The notes under the pieces were generated by a model. The model made no database searches. It was not told the origin of the DNA and was given only the letters and a program-made list of their open reading frames with translations. A stretch of 64,000 bases of DNA, taken from positions 29,826,661-29,890,660 of the forward strand of contig NC_080410.1 in the NCBI RefSeq assembly GCF_030265065.1. The letters are read 5' to 3'. A program made the translations under genes and the position numbers. Source of the DNA: Corythoichthys intestinalis (taxonomy: Eukaryota). This document shows, one piece after another, positions 39,241 to 52,914 of the stretch (positions are counted from its first letter, which is position 1; each line of letters begins with the position of its first letter).

Positions 39241-40324
39241 CTGAGACGCCGCATCGGCAAAGCGTTTGAGTTCCTCGTTTCAACTGGAGCTGCAGCTTTC
39301 GATTATTTTAGTAGTCGATTAATCGATGAACTAGTTTGTTCGAATAATTGAGTAATCGGATAAGGTACATAAAAAATTAAAATACCTAAATACCTAAGCC
39401 GTATAAAAAAAATAAAAAGATCCAAGTACAACAAAAGAACAATTGGCTAACTTACATTGCAAAAGTCGGCTAGCTTAAATGCTATAAAATGCCAACTTTT
39501 TTCCCCCCCCCCAATGCTCTTATAAGGTTCAAAGGCTAAATACACTTACAAACTAAATTACAAATGCGTTAAACATTTGCTCGGACAAAAACTTGGCTTA
39601 TGCTGGTCTTAACAGGGAGCAGCTAGATTCAGCAATGTGAAATGAGTTATGTCATATTCACTGTTACCACTAGAAGGCAGTGTATCCACCCAAATCAATA
39701 AAACTTAATGCAAACACTCAAAACAACCCATGACAACACCACTTTATATGAATACTCGAAGCAGCAAAATTTAATTCGATTTTTTCCTAATCGAATTACT
39801 CGAGTTAATCATTGCAGCACTAATTGAAATCGAAGTTTTAGAATCGCTATGGTCATGGGCGACCCGGCATCTGTTTTGCTAAGAAATCTACCGGAATTTT
39901 CCCCCACTATAAGGTGCACCTGACTAAGCCGCCACCCACCAAATTTGACATGAAAACCACATTTGTTCATAGATAAGCCACACTGGACTATAAGCCGCAG
40001 CTGTCCTCACTGTATTATGGGATATTTACACAAAAATATATTAACTGGTAACACTTTGACAGCGGCATCATACGACAGTCATAAGACCAAATAAACCATA
40101 ACGAAGCTTTGAACAAATGGGCTGCAGAGCTTCATTGGTTCAAGAAGCTTCATTTGACCATCACAGTCAACAGACAGACAGTCAACCTCTGCTGCCACAT
40201 GCTGTCAATATTGTCCAATATGCCTCCTAGCATGCATTGCAGCATCGCATATATAAATAATCAAAATTCATGTTCTGTGCTAATTATTTTTTCAGTTACT
40301 GTTCAAATTTCATTAATTGCTCAT

Positions 40325-40615
40325 TATGGTATTTGGTAACACTTTATTTGACGGTGTCATTAGACAATCATAAGTATGACATGAGACTGTCATGAGCATT
40401 AATGAATGCTTATAACCGATGTCATTTAGTGTCATCAGGCAAATTATCTCACTTTTAAATGAATGTAAAAGAGCAGAGCTGGACATAAATGGAGTTAGTG
40501 ACAATTTGCCGAATGACACATGATGACATCTGTCATAAGCATTCAGTAATGCCTGTGATAGTGTCATAATTATGACCGTCTTATGACACCATTGCCAAAT
40601 AAAGTGTTACCTATC
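40325..40615. mobile_element. ~290-bp MITE with ~45-bp terminal inverted repeats
   Basis: The left end ggtaacactttatttgacggtgtcattagacaatcataag pairs with the right end cataattatgaccgtcttatgacaccattgccaaataaagtgttacc (reverse complement). Confidence 0.5.
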
Positions 40616-41089
40616 AAACCAAATGAATCAACAAATAAGCCACACTGGACTAAAAACCGCAGGATTAAAAATGAAGCAAAAAAGTAGTGGCTTATAGTCT
40701 GAATATTACAGTATTAATTTCTTCCGTTTTTACCAGGAAATATATACATTTAACATTTTAACTCCTTCATGCACAGTCGTTGACGGCGCTAGATATCCAA
40801 TCCATTTTGTAACTGTAAATGCCCACAAAATACTGGCTCTGAATGCACTGGGTTCCTTGCCATTGATGGCGCTAGACATCTAATCCAGTCAATGGCAGCT
40901 AACAGACACCATTTTAATGGCAGATTTTGGTAGCAACCTGTTGATTTTTTTTTTTTTTTTTAAACAGTGACACCTATTTAAAACGATATATCAATTCTTG
41001 GTGGGAGCATATCGATAACCTTTAGGGCTACAAAGTATTGCGATATGTCACCTTTTCAATATACTGTCACACCCCCGCTTGTGATCAGT

Positions 41090-41880
41090 GTTGTTAATAA
41101 TGGCGTTAGAATATAACGGCGTCATTTTCTTCAGTAGTGAGTAATGTAATTAATTACTTTTCTCATCTTGGCAACGCCGTTACAGTTACTGAGGCGGGTA
41201 AGGCGTGCGTTACTATGTTGGTTGACTGACGCGAGAAAAGTCTGAGAAAGACCGACTCACGGAGACGAGAGAGGAGAGCAGAAGTGGGGAGGAGGCAAGG
41301 GAGGGTGACGCCGTTGCAAACGTGATGCTACTATGCTAGGTGGCTCCAATAATACCTGACTGAAGCAGGTAGCCAACAAACTACGCCCACATGATGCTTC
41401 GGTAGATATCACATATATACAGAACTAGATGCAAATGACAGACACGGCTGCATTAGCAACATGTATAATAAAGAACTAGATGTGTTAGTAAACAGCCGCC
41501 ATCTTAAAGCAGTAGACTTCTCCGGAAGGCTCTGTTGTAGAGAAACTTCCCAGCGAACCCAAGTAACTTTTTATCCAAAATGCTCCTAAATCGGCAAAAT
41601 CTTGACTTCAATCTATCTTTAAATGATGAAATAGTTTTAAAACTTACACATGTCAAAAGTAAACAGAAGGGAACTAATGCAATAACGGGAGCAATTTTAA
41701 CAACTTTAACGGTTGATTCACAACATTGAATGACTTCCATACATAGCAAAGGTTACTATCTAGTTATGGCAATAATCGCAATACCCCTGTGACTAGTTAA
41801 GTTTAGGGTAAAGAATTGGGCAAGGGCCAATTGTCCCAAAAAACCCTTTAAACTTCACATTGTGTGACCCGTTTTTTTTG
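41090..41880 (+). repeat. unclassified interspersed repeat (gtaacg-rich leader plus ~700-bp family also at 10975-11650 and 56230-56930)
   Basis: Near-identical stretches from gccgccatcttaaagcagtagac to ggccaattgtccc shared among the copies. Confidence 0.55.
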
Positions 41881-42083
41881 TTTGTTTTTTTTCCCCAGGT
41901 AACTGAGTTACTAACGTAATTACTTTTTGGGAGAAGTAATATGTAACTGTAATTAACTACTTTTTTAAAAGTAAGATTAACAACACTGCTTGCGATAAGC
42001 TCATATGAAATCACGACGTCTATCATCATCAATTGTATTGAAAGAGTTACCTTGATCAGGACGAGGAGGCGGAGTCTACTCAC

Positions 42084-42204
42084 CAGGCCCCTCAAAGAGC
42101 CACTGGTCTCCTGCAACGCGCCTTTCGTCGCCATCCTGGAAGTCCAGGGAGGCTTGCAGACGGAGCGCAGTGTCGGGGTACACCACCTGCAGCGGGGTCA
42201 CGTC
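42084..42204 (-). CDS. mvp: major vault protein exon (CDS exon 3)
   Basis: Acceptor ccttcag, then [40 protein letters not shown](G), donor gtgagt. It matches human [42 protein letters not shown]. Confidence 0.85.
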
Positions 42205-42607
42205 CTGAAGGGAGACAAAACTCGTGACTAAACATTGGACCTGAAGCAACTGCAGAATGTTTTATTTTGGGCGGAGATCGCCAACTGCCACTTCATAACA
42301 AAAGATGACTAAGCCTTCATGTCAAGAAATGTTACACCATCGAACCCAGGCCCAGGAAAAACCAAATACACAAATCTTAAAGTTAAAAAAAAAAAAGAAC
42401 ATTTTCAATAAATGTTCAGGTAACTTGGAAAAAAAGAATTGATAAAAATTGCAATGTTTAATTAATGAAATACTATTTAAAAAAAAATAAATGTTGACTT
42501 TTAAATTAAAATGATTAAGTTTATGTTATAAAACCGAAAAAACTACCGTATTTTTCGTAATATAAGGCACATCTTCAATGAATGGCCCATCCGAAAACAG
42601 TTTTCAT

Positions 42608-43143
42608 TAGAGATGCACGATAATATCTGTCACCGATAATTATCGGCCGATAATGGCAATTATGACGTCTCACAGATAATCCAGATAAAACGAAATTCAA
42701 CCGATAATGCAATCCGATAATTATATACTTGATTTAGCCTCCAAATGTGCGCAATCAACAGTTTTGTCCAATTCTGCTAGTTTTAAGGAAGTGTTTTTGC
42801 AGTGTAGTAATGTGATATATGTTAGGAATGGCTTACTTTTAAAGGCATTTTTGTGCAACTTGGGTGTTTACTCTCTAAGTAATTGTTGCCAAAAGTTTAC
42901 CATTACACAATGTCATTGCCATTGTTTAGATGTTGGAATTTACTACTTGTACACATTTGGTGTGGGAAAAAATAGCACTAAATTACATTTTTGCACAGTA
43001 ACGTTTGATCTTTATATACTTTGAAAATTTAAATACATATTTGAATAGAATTATCGGCTTGACATTATCGGTTATCGGGTGGAAGGGGCAGGAAATTATC
43101 GGTTATCGATATCGGTTGAAAAATGTATTATCGTGCATCACTA
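42608..43143. mobile_element. hAT-superfamily MITE in mvp intron 2
   Basis: TIR TAGAGATGCACGATAAT...ATTATCGTGCATCACTA. Perfect 8-bp TSD GTTTTCAT at 42600-42607 and 43144-43151. Internal ORF 42707-43024 has no homology. Confidence 0.75.
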
Positions 43144-43785
43144 GTTTTCATATTTTAGGCTCACTGCATTATAAGGCACAGTAATAGTAGTGTTTTGGCT
43201 TGCATTATGCATCCACTAGAAGAAGCTGTGCTAAATGGAATGTCATGCCATTATTAACCAATATTGATTATTATATAAGGCGCATCGGATTATAAGGCGA
43301 ATGTTGACTTTTGAGAAAATTGAAGGCTTTAAGGGACGCCTTACACTGCGGAAAATACAGTAATACAAAAATATTCAAATTTGAAATCAATTTTTTTATA
43401 TGAAAAAGTCAAATATCTAAATGAAGGACGAATGAAATATATGTGCAGGTCAATAAATTAAAAAAAAAAAAATTCAAAACAAAAACACAAATATTGAAAT
43501 CAACATTAAATATTCAAATGAATAAATACAAAAATGAACTAAATGTCTAAGTATATAAATGAAAAATATATCTAAATGGAACAAGTATATAAAAATGGGA
43601 AAAAAATACTGAAATATGATACTATATGACATTTTTTAATGGCCTTCATGACTCTCCATATCATTTTCCAATTCCTCCGGAGACTATTCGCATCGTATCG
43701 AGTGATTTCTCTCAGCCGTGTTGCTTCTCGGAATTTGACGCAATTGAACTCAAAAAAGCAACCAGCAAGAGTTCATGGGACGAAC

Positions 43786-43981
43786 CTGCTGAATCTCCTC
43801 TCCGGGGTGAAGTGGGAAAGGGTCCCTGGTCAGACGGACATCCAGGTCGGCGTGCCTCAGCTTGGCCTGGCCCGATGGGTCGAAAAGGACGCCGCCGTCG
43901 GCGTCGCAGGCCACCGGGTTGAGCACCACACAGTAGTGACGCGGAGGCACCATGATCATCCGCACTGGGGCGAACAGAACC
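43786..43981 (-). CDS. mvp: major vault protein exon (CDS exon 2)
   Basis: Acceptor ctgccccacag, then (R)[65 protein letters not shown], donor gttcgt. It matches human [65 protein letters not shown]. Confidence 0.85.
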
Positions 43982-44047
43982 CTGTGGGGCAGGGTCGCGC
44001 TGCATTAGCCCCGAGCTCGCTCGCCGACGGACTCCCTGACCTCTGAC

Positions 44048-44160
44048 CTTTCGTTGTCCTGCCGGTAGAAGGTTTGCGGTCCAATCTCCACGCGGGCGAT
44101 GTTGGTGTTCTGGTCCAGAACGTGGATGTAGTGGTGAGGCGGGATGCGGATGACGGACAT
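44048..44160 (-). CDS. mvp: major vault protein first coding exon (start ATG at 44158-44160; an in-frame upstream ATG at 44209-44211 would add 17 aa)
   Basis: [37 protein letters not shown](R), donor gtcaga. It matches human [47 protein letters not shown]-like tttaaaaatt and a CCAAT (ttgcccaat) lie just upstream on the minus strand around 44250-44280. Confidence 0.8.
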
Positions 44161-46419
44161 GTCCACCGGAACCTTAACCTCAACCGGGCGACTTCCTCCT
44201 GTCTTGGACATCTCGCTGACACCGACAACGACAAACTATGGAAAAATCTGAAGCGGGCACAAAAATTGGGCAATTTTTAAACTCAAGCTCCGTGTCTTTT
44301 CACCCTTCTAATGTGAATTTGACAAGTTAAACCACAGCCTGTCTGAACCTTACCCAAAGTGGGAAAAGTCATCAACAAGCGATAGTATTTTCGATGGGAG
44401 GGGGTGTGTGAGGAAAACAAAGCTCACTATTAAGTTAATACCAAATAACAGTAAAAAGCATTGCAACCTATAAGGCTACCTCAAACGCTTATTTTGAAGG
44501 TCAAATAATCAATTACCGGTATTTACATAAATCACATTGTTAGCAAAAGTGGATGTTTTCAAATATCTTATGTGGATTTATTACAAGGATCATCTGTTTA
44601 CAGGGATTACAGAAATCAGAATATTTACTTATTCCGTGTTTTCCCCCCATTTTCAAATTAAAAAAAAAAAAAAAAAAAAAGCACAAGTGTGCTACAGCGC
44701 ACTATAGGCCGAAAGCTAGACGAAGAAAGCCTTCAAATTAATCCTGGGCAATAAAACTAAAGATAATTAATGTCATAATTTTTGTCAACATTAATAGTAA
44801 AAACATTCGATTAAAGTGGAAAGATTTAAACTAATTAATAGAGATGTCCCGATCGATCGGGATTTTAAAAGTATCGGAATCGGCAAAAAAATATCGGCCA
44901 TGCCTTTTTTGAATATATATACATTTTTTAATTAAATCGTTTTCTAATTGTATTTAACGTTACAGACATAATATGTTACACTCATCCAGAGTCTTTAGAT
45001 TAGGTTTAAAGTAGGGTTATTAAATTCATCCCGATAACGGCGGTAATTAATTTTTAAAAAATGTATCACGTTAAATATTTAACGCAATTAATGCATGCGT
45101 TGCACGACCCACTCACGCATTGTCGCACTCAATCTGTAATGGCGCCATTTTACCCATTTAAAGAGATAAAAGGCAGCATGAAATGAGTAGAGTGAATTTT
45201 GGCAGCCTTTAGAGCCTCTTTTAATAGGCTAAAGCCTTACAATCCCCCTCCCTACAATTAGAGATATCTTGGGAAGCAATGTGTGGAAGCAAGGTAGCAA
45301 TTGATCTTATTCTTAACACCTTATATTAATTCCCAACGCAGAGAAGATATATCAATTGGTAGCACTACGCACAGTAATGGTTCCACTTCCCATCATGCAT
45401 TTGGGTTGAATGGCTGCAGTCTCATTTACTGAAAGCTCAACAAATACACTAGATGGCAATATTTAGTCACAATATACAAAGTCACAAGTCTTTCTATCCG
45501 TGGCTCCCTCTCACAGAAAGAATGTTAATAATCTAAATGCCATCTTGTGGATTTATTGTCATAATAAACAAATACTGTACTTACGTACTGTATGTTGAAT
45601 GTATATATTCGTCCGAGTTTCATTCATTTTTTTAATGCATTGCCAAAATGTATATGATCGGGAAAAATTATCGGGAATGATTGGAATTGAATCTGGAGCA
45701 AAAAAAAAGCAATCGGATCGGCAAATATCGGGATCGGCAGATACTCAAACTAAAACGATCGGGATCGGATCGGGAGCAAAAAAACATGATCAGAACAACC
45801 CTACTAATTACACCACCCAAACACTGGACAAAAAGGGGGCGCTGATGGCGCGTGAAGCTCTGAGCGGGTATTCAGTACAGGAGGGAATGAATGATAATTT
45901 AAAATGATTAGCAACAATAACTCAGTGCACGATATGCCAAACAAAAATGACAAAAACAAGTGTTATTAGAAAGACTGACTGTTTCTTTGCAGCACTTGTA
46001 TTGACCAGCATGTCCGAGACCATGTCTAATGCTGTTTTTTTTGCACTGAGCAAAATTGTATGCCACCTGGTATGATGCCTTCACTGCTAGCTAGTTTACT
46101 TTACTGATGAAGCACTCACAAAGCGGGACTATTGTTAGCAATATTTGTCACGTTTTCTTGAGTCCATGGATTGAGAGGTGAGGATTAGGCCTGATTTATG
46201 CTTCTGCATACCGTTGACAGCAGAGCGATGGCATAGAACGAGTTTCTCTGCAATTCCCCACCATGCCACTAGAGGGGTGTGGCTTTGTCTTTGTACGGTT
46301 TTGGGGGACTTGTCGAATTCCTTTACTTTTCCTCCGGTCATTGACAGCAATAGCACTAGAGCTTGAACATGTTTTTGAGGTGCACATCGGGCTACAGCGT
46401 CGGGTCGTAAATCGGGTCT

Positions 46420-47530
46420 CGCTACGCCAGAGGTTGCGCTAGACTTTTTCGTTGTCTGTCATTTTGACTGACAGGGTCATAAAAATCCGGTCATAATCTA
46501 TTTTTACCCGTCACTTAAATTTTTAAAATGATGATAATGACATTGTGGTGACTCTTTGTTTGGCATAATTCACCTTCCGTACTTGTGTGTCCATTTGGCC
46601 GAGCGCGTTACCGGCTACGACACAGTCACGTGACAGAGACACTTAAGAGCCGCGCGCGGTCCCCTCACTATTCACTCGCTCTCGCTGTATGATTGGCCGA
46701 AGAGTCGAAATGCTCTCCCGTGAAATGCCTGTTTAAAAATGTTCCCGTTGTTACTTCTTGCGTTCGCTTATAAGTGCCCATTTAAAAAGGAAAAGCGATG
46801 GATGATACTACACACAGAGCGTATTATTAACAAATGTTAAAGTTGTATGATCATATAGCGAGAATAAGAAACGTCACTGACAAGCGCAGGCCCCCGCGAG
46901 TGGATAGTGAGGGGAATAGGATAGTGCGCCTACAGCTAACAAGACTCTTAACATTGCATACCGCTTCAACATATTCAATAGTATTTAGTTTTCATTCATT
47001 TCAAATTAATATTCTGTCCGAACAAGCTTAACAGAGAATCCACACCGTGCCATCACACATCAAGCAGATGAATATGTAACTTTTTCTCCACAGTGACAAA
47101 AACAGCTGACTGTGGCCCCAGTAGGTAGGTAGCCTACCATATGTAGCATATGGAACAATGAAATTAACAGTTCACCTGCTGTGGCCTGAACGTAGTCTCA
47201 CACTTTCCTCCTGGTGCGCATGGACTTGAATTGTGTGCCCGCTTGTGCAGTCCCTGTTTTTTCACCTCTTATCAACACCATCGTCGTTTTGGGGCTTTTT
47301 GAAGAAACTTCGGACACTCAGTTGCCTTGACATTTTTCAGAGTAAGGCCAACGAAGTCATGCATCAAGAGAGACAATAGCTAATTCATATGCTCACTCAC
47401 CACCCTGTGGTCTGGGGTGTGAATTGCAACCGGTCAAAATGACTGATGGACTTCAGTTTTTTCCGTCACTGTTTTAAAAAAATCTGTCAACGACGGAAAA
47501 AATTCGGTTAACGTGACCCCTGCGCTACGC
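46420..47530. repeat. inverted copy of the ~1.4-kb repeat at 7640-9060
   Basis: Region 46950-47530 is the reverse complement of 7660-8240 and 46420-46700 is the reverse complement of 8750-9060. The two copies lie on opposite sides of the whole mvp gene. Confidence 0.55.
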
Positions 47531-49903
47531 AGAAGCATAAATCAGCCTTAAAGTGCATACGACACGATAAAAGAAATCAGCCACAAAATGCAAGCCACTT
47601 CCTTATTTAAACGTGTGCCATGATGCTAGTATTTAACATAATACAAAACGCTATTGTTGACTCACTTCCTCATAAGTCCAACGGTCCCACAGCTGTCAGA
47701 ATTGTTACGACGATCTTGGGGTGAATGGGAACCATTTGAAACCTAAAAAGGCTCATACGCCTCTTCCTGGTGCAGCAAAAAATTTTCTCCAGCACATTTG
47801 GCTGGCGTGATGCGAAAAATAAATGAATTAATCCGCAAAATCAACTGAATCCGCAGTCGTTCTGCATAGTGCAGTATTGGATGTATACTGAAGATGACTA
47901 TCCCGCTGACGTCACATTCGGAATCCTCGTCAATCCAGGAAGTCGCTCATTTTCATGTCGCGGGATTAAAAAAAAACAATATATCGATTGCTTCCATACA
48001 CATCCAAGCGGTCCATTTCATTCAGGACTCAGCATAAAATACCGTGGAAAATATGAAATAAACATGCTTTTTGCCGTCATATACAATTTAAGGCTTATTA
48101 TGAAAGTCAAGAACATTTTTGTGTACATTTTTTGGGGGGTTACAGTTTACTGTTTGAAAAGACGGACGCTTTTCATGCAAAGAGCATTAATCAAAGTTGC
48201 TTTGTATGCTCCTGGCACTTTTCAAACGGATTATCAATGTGATTGGGGTCCAATGTCTTTAAGTGATGTCCTCATCGATGTTTCATGCTGTCCGCTGCAA
48301 ACATTTTTAAACGCAGTAAACATACCGGTCTTTCCTCATCACCCACTGTATTGAAACTTTGAAAGTGAAGCCAAACACTATATACGCTTTGTCATATTTA
48401 TCTTAGCTTTTGGGAGACTGCTCTATGCTGTGTGCTCTTGTTTAATGCAAAAATACTGCGTACACTCTCAAAAGGAGAGCGCCACTGCCACCCACTGAGT
48501 GGATATGCAATTACACGTGATTGTAGTACGGCAAAAAAAGTGTTCCGCGAGGTCATATACGCCCCCCCCCCCCCCCCCGAGGGTGCATGTCCCACTTTTT
48601 GAGAAGTACCGATTTAAAGCTACATTAGGTTTTTTTTTTCCTAACCTTTATAAAATATTTTCATAACATTTGGGATGATACGTCAACTGACAACTAGTTG
48701 AATAACACCTCTATCTTGAGGGGGTCTGTATCACTTTCACCGGCACTAATTAACTTTGAGGAAGGTAGCAGGGGTCCCACTCTGAACCCCTCCAGCTTCA
48801 AACAGGCCCCTCCCACTTCTATGGCCGTCAATGGCAGCCAGTGCCACTTCCTGTTGATTTTGAGGCATTTTATTGGTGGAAACTATTTTCCCTGTGGGAA
48901 CTCTCCCAAGGGATAAATAAAGTTTATTGAACTGAATTAACTTGAATTCTTGTTGATTTTGGGTTGCAGAACATGAAGTGACTCGGGAATGAATAGGCAG
49001 TGACAAACTCAACAGGAAGTGACCTGTAAATGCCCCGAAAATCGGAAAGAGTGAATGCGCTGGTTTCGAATAAACGAACGTTCATTCGCCCTTCCCGATC
49101 TTAATGGATTGGCCTTCGAGTGCTATCAATGACAGCCATATAAGTTAACTGAGACACTATTATGGTGAAAGATTTTGGTAGCAGCTTGTTGGTCCCTATA
49201 TATACATGGCAGATAACAGATAACTTGAAGTTCCGCTTTGAGACCCACAATTTGGCCAAATTTCAAAACTGTCTTATATGCATGTGTGATACTTCATTTG
49301 AAAGCTTAAAATCTCAATTTTTGGGGGGAAGAAAAATTTTGAACACAAGGGCATTTAAATAAAAAAAAAAAAACAGCAAAACTCTAACTGGAGGTGAGAG
49401 CACGCAAGAGCATAATTAAAGACGCCATGATTTGAACGAGATATCGCTTACTTACCTTGTTTCGATCCAAAAACTCCATGTAGCATGTATCATCGAGTGT
49501 CAAGACACAGATGTGAATGGCCACAGCCGGATTTTATGGGTGAAACATGGTAATATAACAAGGGTGGTGATGCAGAAATCGCAGACATCAAGGAGCGGTC
49601 GAGATTTTCTTTTTCGTATATTATTTTACCTTTTCTACGTTATTTCTCAGTTTTTCTTTTTCATATCGGGGAAAATGCGACAGCGGTTGCGCAACGTCCG
49701 TAAACGAGGGTTTCCAGGGTAAAACGGACAAATTAAAAATAGTTCGGGGGCTTAATGCGCCACGAATCTGCTATGGCAGCATATAGACATATTGGTCTAT
49801 CGAACACAACAGTTCTTTTGGCTTAAAATACAGCAGTTTATTTTAAAGAGGGGTGCAAGAGCAGAAACTCCTTTTTAGGCCTCGTCTGTGTTTTCCGCCA
49901 TTT

Positions 49904-49912
49904 TATATATAC

Positions 49913-49960
<48 letters not shown>
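49904..49960. repeat. (AT)n microsatellite followed by a T10 run
   Basis: tatatatacatatatatatatatatatatatatatatatat. Confidence 0.9.
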
Positions 49961-49968
<8 letters not shown>

Positions 49969-52914
49969 TAAACAGACACCTTTTTAAAACGATACCTACA
50001 TACTTAGCATGAGCAAATCGATAACCTTTTTGGATGCAAAGTATCACGATTATATCAACATTTCGATATTTTGTCAACCCCCTAATTACTATTCATCTTT
50101 AACACAGCCGCTGGAAACACAATGTTTAATCTGCAGGCGACCAGGGGATCATGATTTTACAACACTGTGCGAGTGTGCGCTGGTCCTCATGGGAAACGCA
50201 GTCTTCCTTAAGGCAAAACATTACCGCTTTTGTCCACTGGTGTCGCTAAAGTCGACCAAAACTGAAAAGTTACATAGTGTTGCTTTAACTCAAGTTGCAA
50301 GGTAGGTGATATAAGAGAAAGGATCAAAAGTCAGAGGTGAGAAATATGGCGATGTTTCTCTGTACATTTCTGGATATTGGTATCCCATGACATGAGTGTG
50401 CTTTCAAGAAGTGTTTGTTTTTAATGGAATGTGGCGTGGTTGGCACACCCACTCACCAACAATCAGTCCACAGAACTTGAACTTTAGACGGACACACCAA
50501 GAGTCACACCCTAACGCGGGCAGTGGACTCAAGAGACAAAGGTCTCCCATTTTCTTCTTTATCCCAATCATTCACTAGCTGAAATCCAATTAAATTGATC
50601 GGCCAATCAAATGCAAACGGTTCGGAGAGGCGAGCAGCCAATCACAGACCGACAAAAATACTGTCACGCCGCTTTTTGCAGACAGCCGTCACAAACGCTA
50701 CAACACGGGGTCGCTACGTAATAAACATTGACATTTGAATGAAATTGTTCAGTTTTGGTACCATCCAAACTTTTCCAAAATGGGAGTTGAGCTTCCACAC
50801 GCACGAACCTGACAGGCAAGTTCGGTTTGGCATCGCCGCCTTCCGGGTTGGACGCATGATTTGCTCTTATGACGCAGTTTAAAAAGTACCTTTGCAATGA
50901 AATATACATGGTGGGGAAAAAAAATCTATAGAGTTGCTCCCATGCCGTCACCTGCAACATTCGCCCACCGGAGCATGACATAAATCAAACGCAAACCCGA
51001 TGTAAAGTTGACTTTTCGGCCATCGAACGTAAGACGAATTTAACTTGAACTTTTTAGCACTAAATTTCCTTCCCAGGTGGTTCGAGTGTAGAAGTAGTAA
51101 AAGGAGGGAGAGCAAAGTTGAAATGCCACTTTTTCCCAATGGACTCGCGCTTACCTGCTTTCAGGGTGTCGTCCGTGGGGACTGAAGGCAAGACGAAAAT
51201 CCGGACCAGATGCAGTTGTTTAAAATGATTGGGATGACAGCGGTGGGCGGGGTCGCTGCGTTTTTACCGGAGAACACGTGACCTCCCAGCACTGATGTCT
51301 CAGCAGGGCTGCTGAGTGGGGGCGTTTCGGGCCATAGATATCATATATATAACGTTAGATGTAATTCGACGGGTTCGGCGGCGTAAGAATCTGGCGGCCA
51401 TCTTGGTGAGTTATTGCATTCTTCATCTGCCGTTCATGAGAAACCAAGTTTTAGAAAATCTCAGAATTGAGCATTATATTATGTGTAGTCAGAAACAATT
51501 CGTGTTCGCTCAGAAAGATTGTGTTTGCTAAAATAATTTGTGCTTTTAAAAAAAGAAAAGTGCATTCGCAAAATAAAATTGTGCACTCGCAAAAAATGTT
51601 TTTGTGGTGTGAGTGATTTTTTGGGGGGTAGCACATTTTTTAAGTGAGTGCATTTTATGAACTTCGTGCACTTGCAATGAACACTTTTTTGTTCTTACGA
51701 GCCCCATTATTTGACACTTTTTTGCGTGTAATCACTTTCTCTGGCTGATTAAAAAAAATAGCTATTTTTTTGTTTTGTTTTTAACTTTATTCATAGCAAA
51801 TGCAAATATACAAACATGAGGTGAACAAATCGCATACATTCCAAGAGACCAGATTTAGAACAAAAAAATAAATAAATAAAAGGGTCAGGGTTATTTTCAA
51901 CACAAGCTGTATTGTTTGCAGTCTCTTGGTCCTTAAAGACGTTTTTCCACGCGATATTTTCACGCCTTTGGGTTCAAATAGAAACTTAAATCGTCCAAAT
52001 ATAAAGAAAACATTTCTTCCAAAAACATGAACATTTGATCTTTGATTTACATATTTTACACAGTGAATGTGGAATTTTGTCAAAATTAAGATAAGATTTA
52101 GACGCCAACAGGCCCGACGTAAAATGGCTGATAAGTGACGACGCTTGTCCTTATTGGCTCACAGATCGCCTTAAACATCCTGTGATATACATGAAATCTA
52201 CTTGCTCGGGCTAGCGGCGTGAATTACGTCACATCCGCATAGACGGAAAAGTAACATCAGGTAAATTACCGCGGATTTTGTTCTGATTTCAAACTCGCTT
52301 GTGAACGTACCAATGTTTCTATGGAAACCATCACTTAATGAATAATTGCCGTGCATGCAATTATTGTTTTTTTTTTTAATACTTTAATAATATTTGGGAC
52401 AACGCTGAAACACTTGCCTGCCGCAAGTTTCCTGAACGCAACACAACTTTTCCTTGCTTGTGATTGGCTGCCACTAACCCGGAAGTGGCGAACAGCTCTC
52501 CAGTTGCGTCTTTCCTTTTTCGCGTCAGTTGCATGATTTAATCCACTTTTTTTGAATGGAACATTTGTCAGTTTTCTTCCAAACTCGGTTCCCTTTGGCT
52601 CTGTTGACGTTTTGGGTCTTGCTTGAGGCGCAAACGCTCGCAGAGCAACAGGAATACTGCGACGACGGCGGCTGGTTTGTTCTCACCTGTGCTTCACGAA
52701 GATGCTGTAATGAGGATTTTAATTTTTTAAAATTATTTTCTGTGTTTGTTCAGGTCGTGTGGGTCTCATTTGAGCGTAGAAGATGAAGGTCCGTGCAACA
52801 TTGAAGTTTTGGACGGTGCCTCGCTGTCATTACGTCAGTTTTTGGACAAGTGAGTGGAACAGTTGTCAGAGTTGCTTTGAAAATTCACCGTTTTTACTTT
52901 ATAACTTAGTAACT

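Noticed and set aside
47869-48354. 161-aa ORF on the plus strand.
   Set aside because: It lies in a repeat fragment related to the end of the 13779-14939 element family (48380-48610 matches 14760-14940). It has no recognisable domain, an odd composition, and no splice or promoter context. Spurious.
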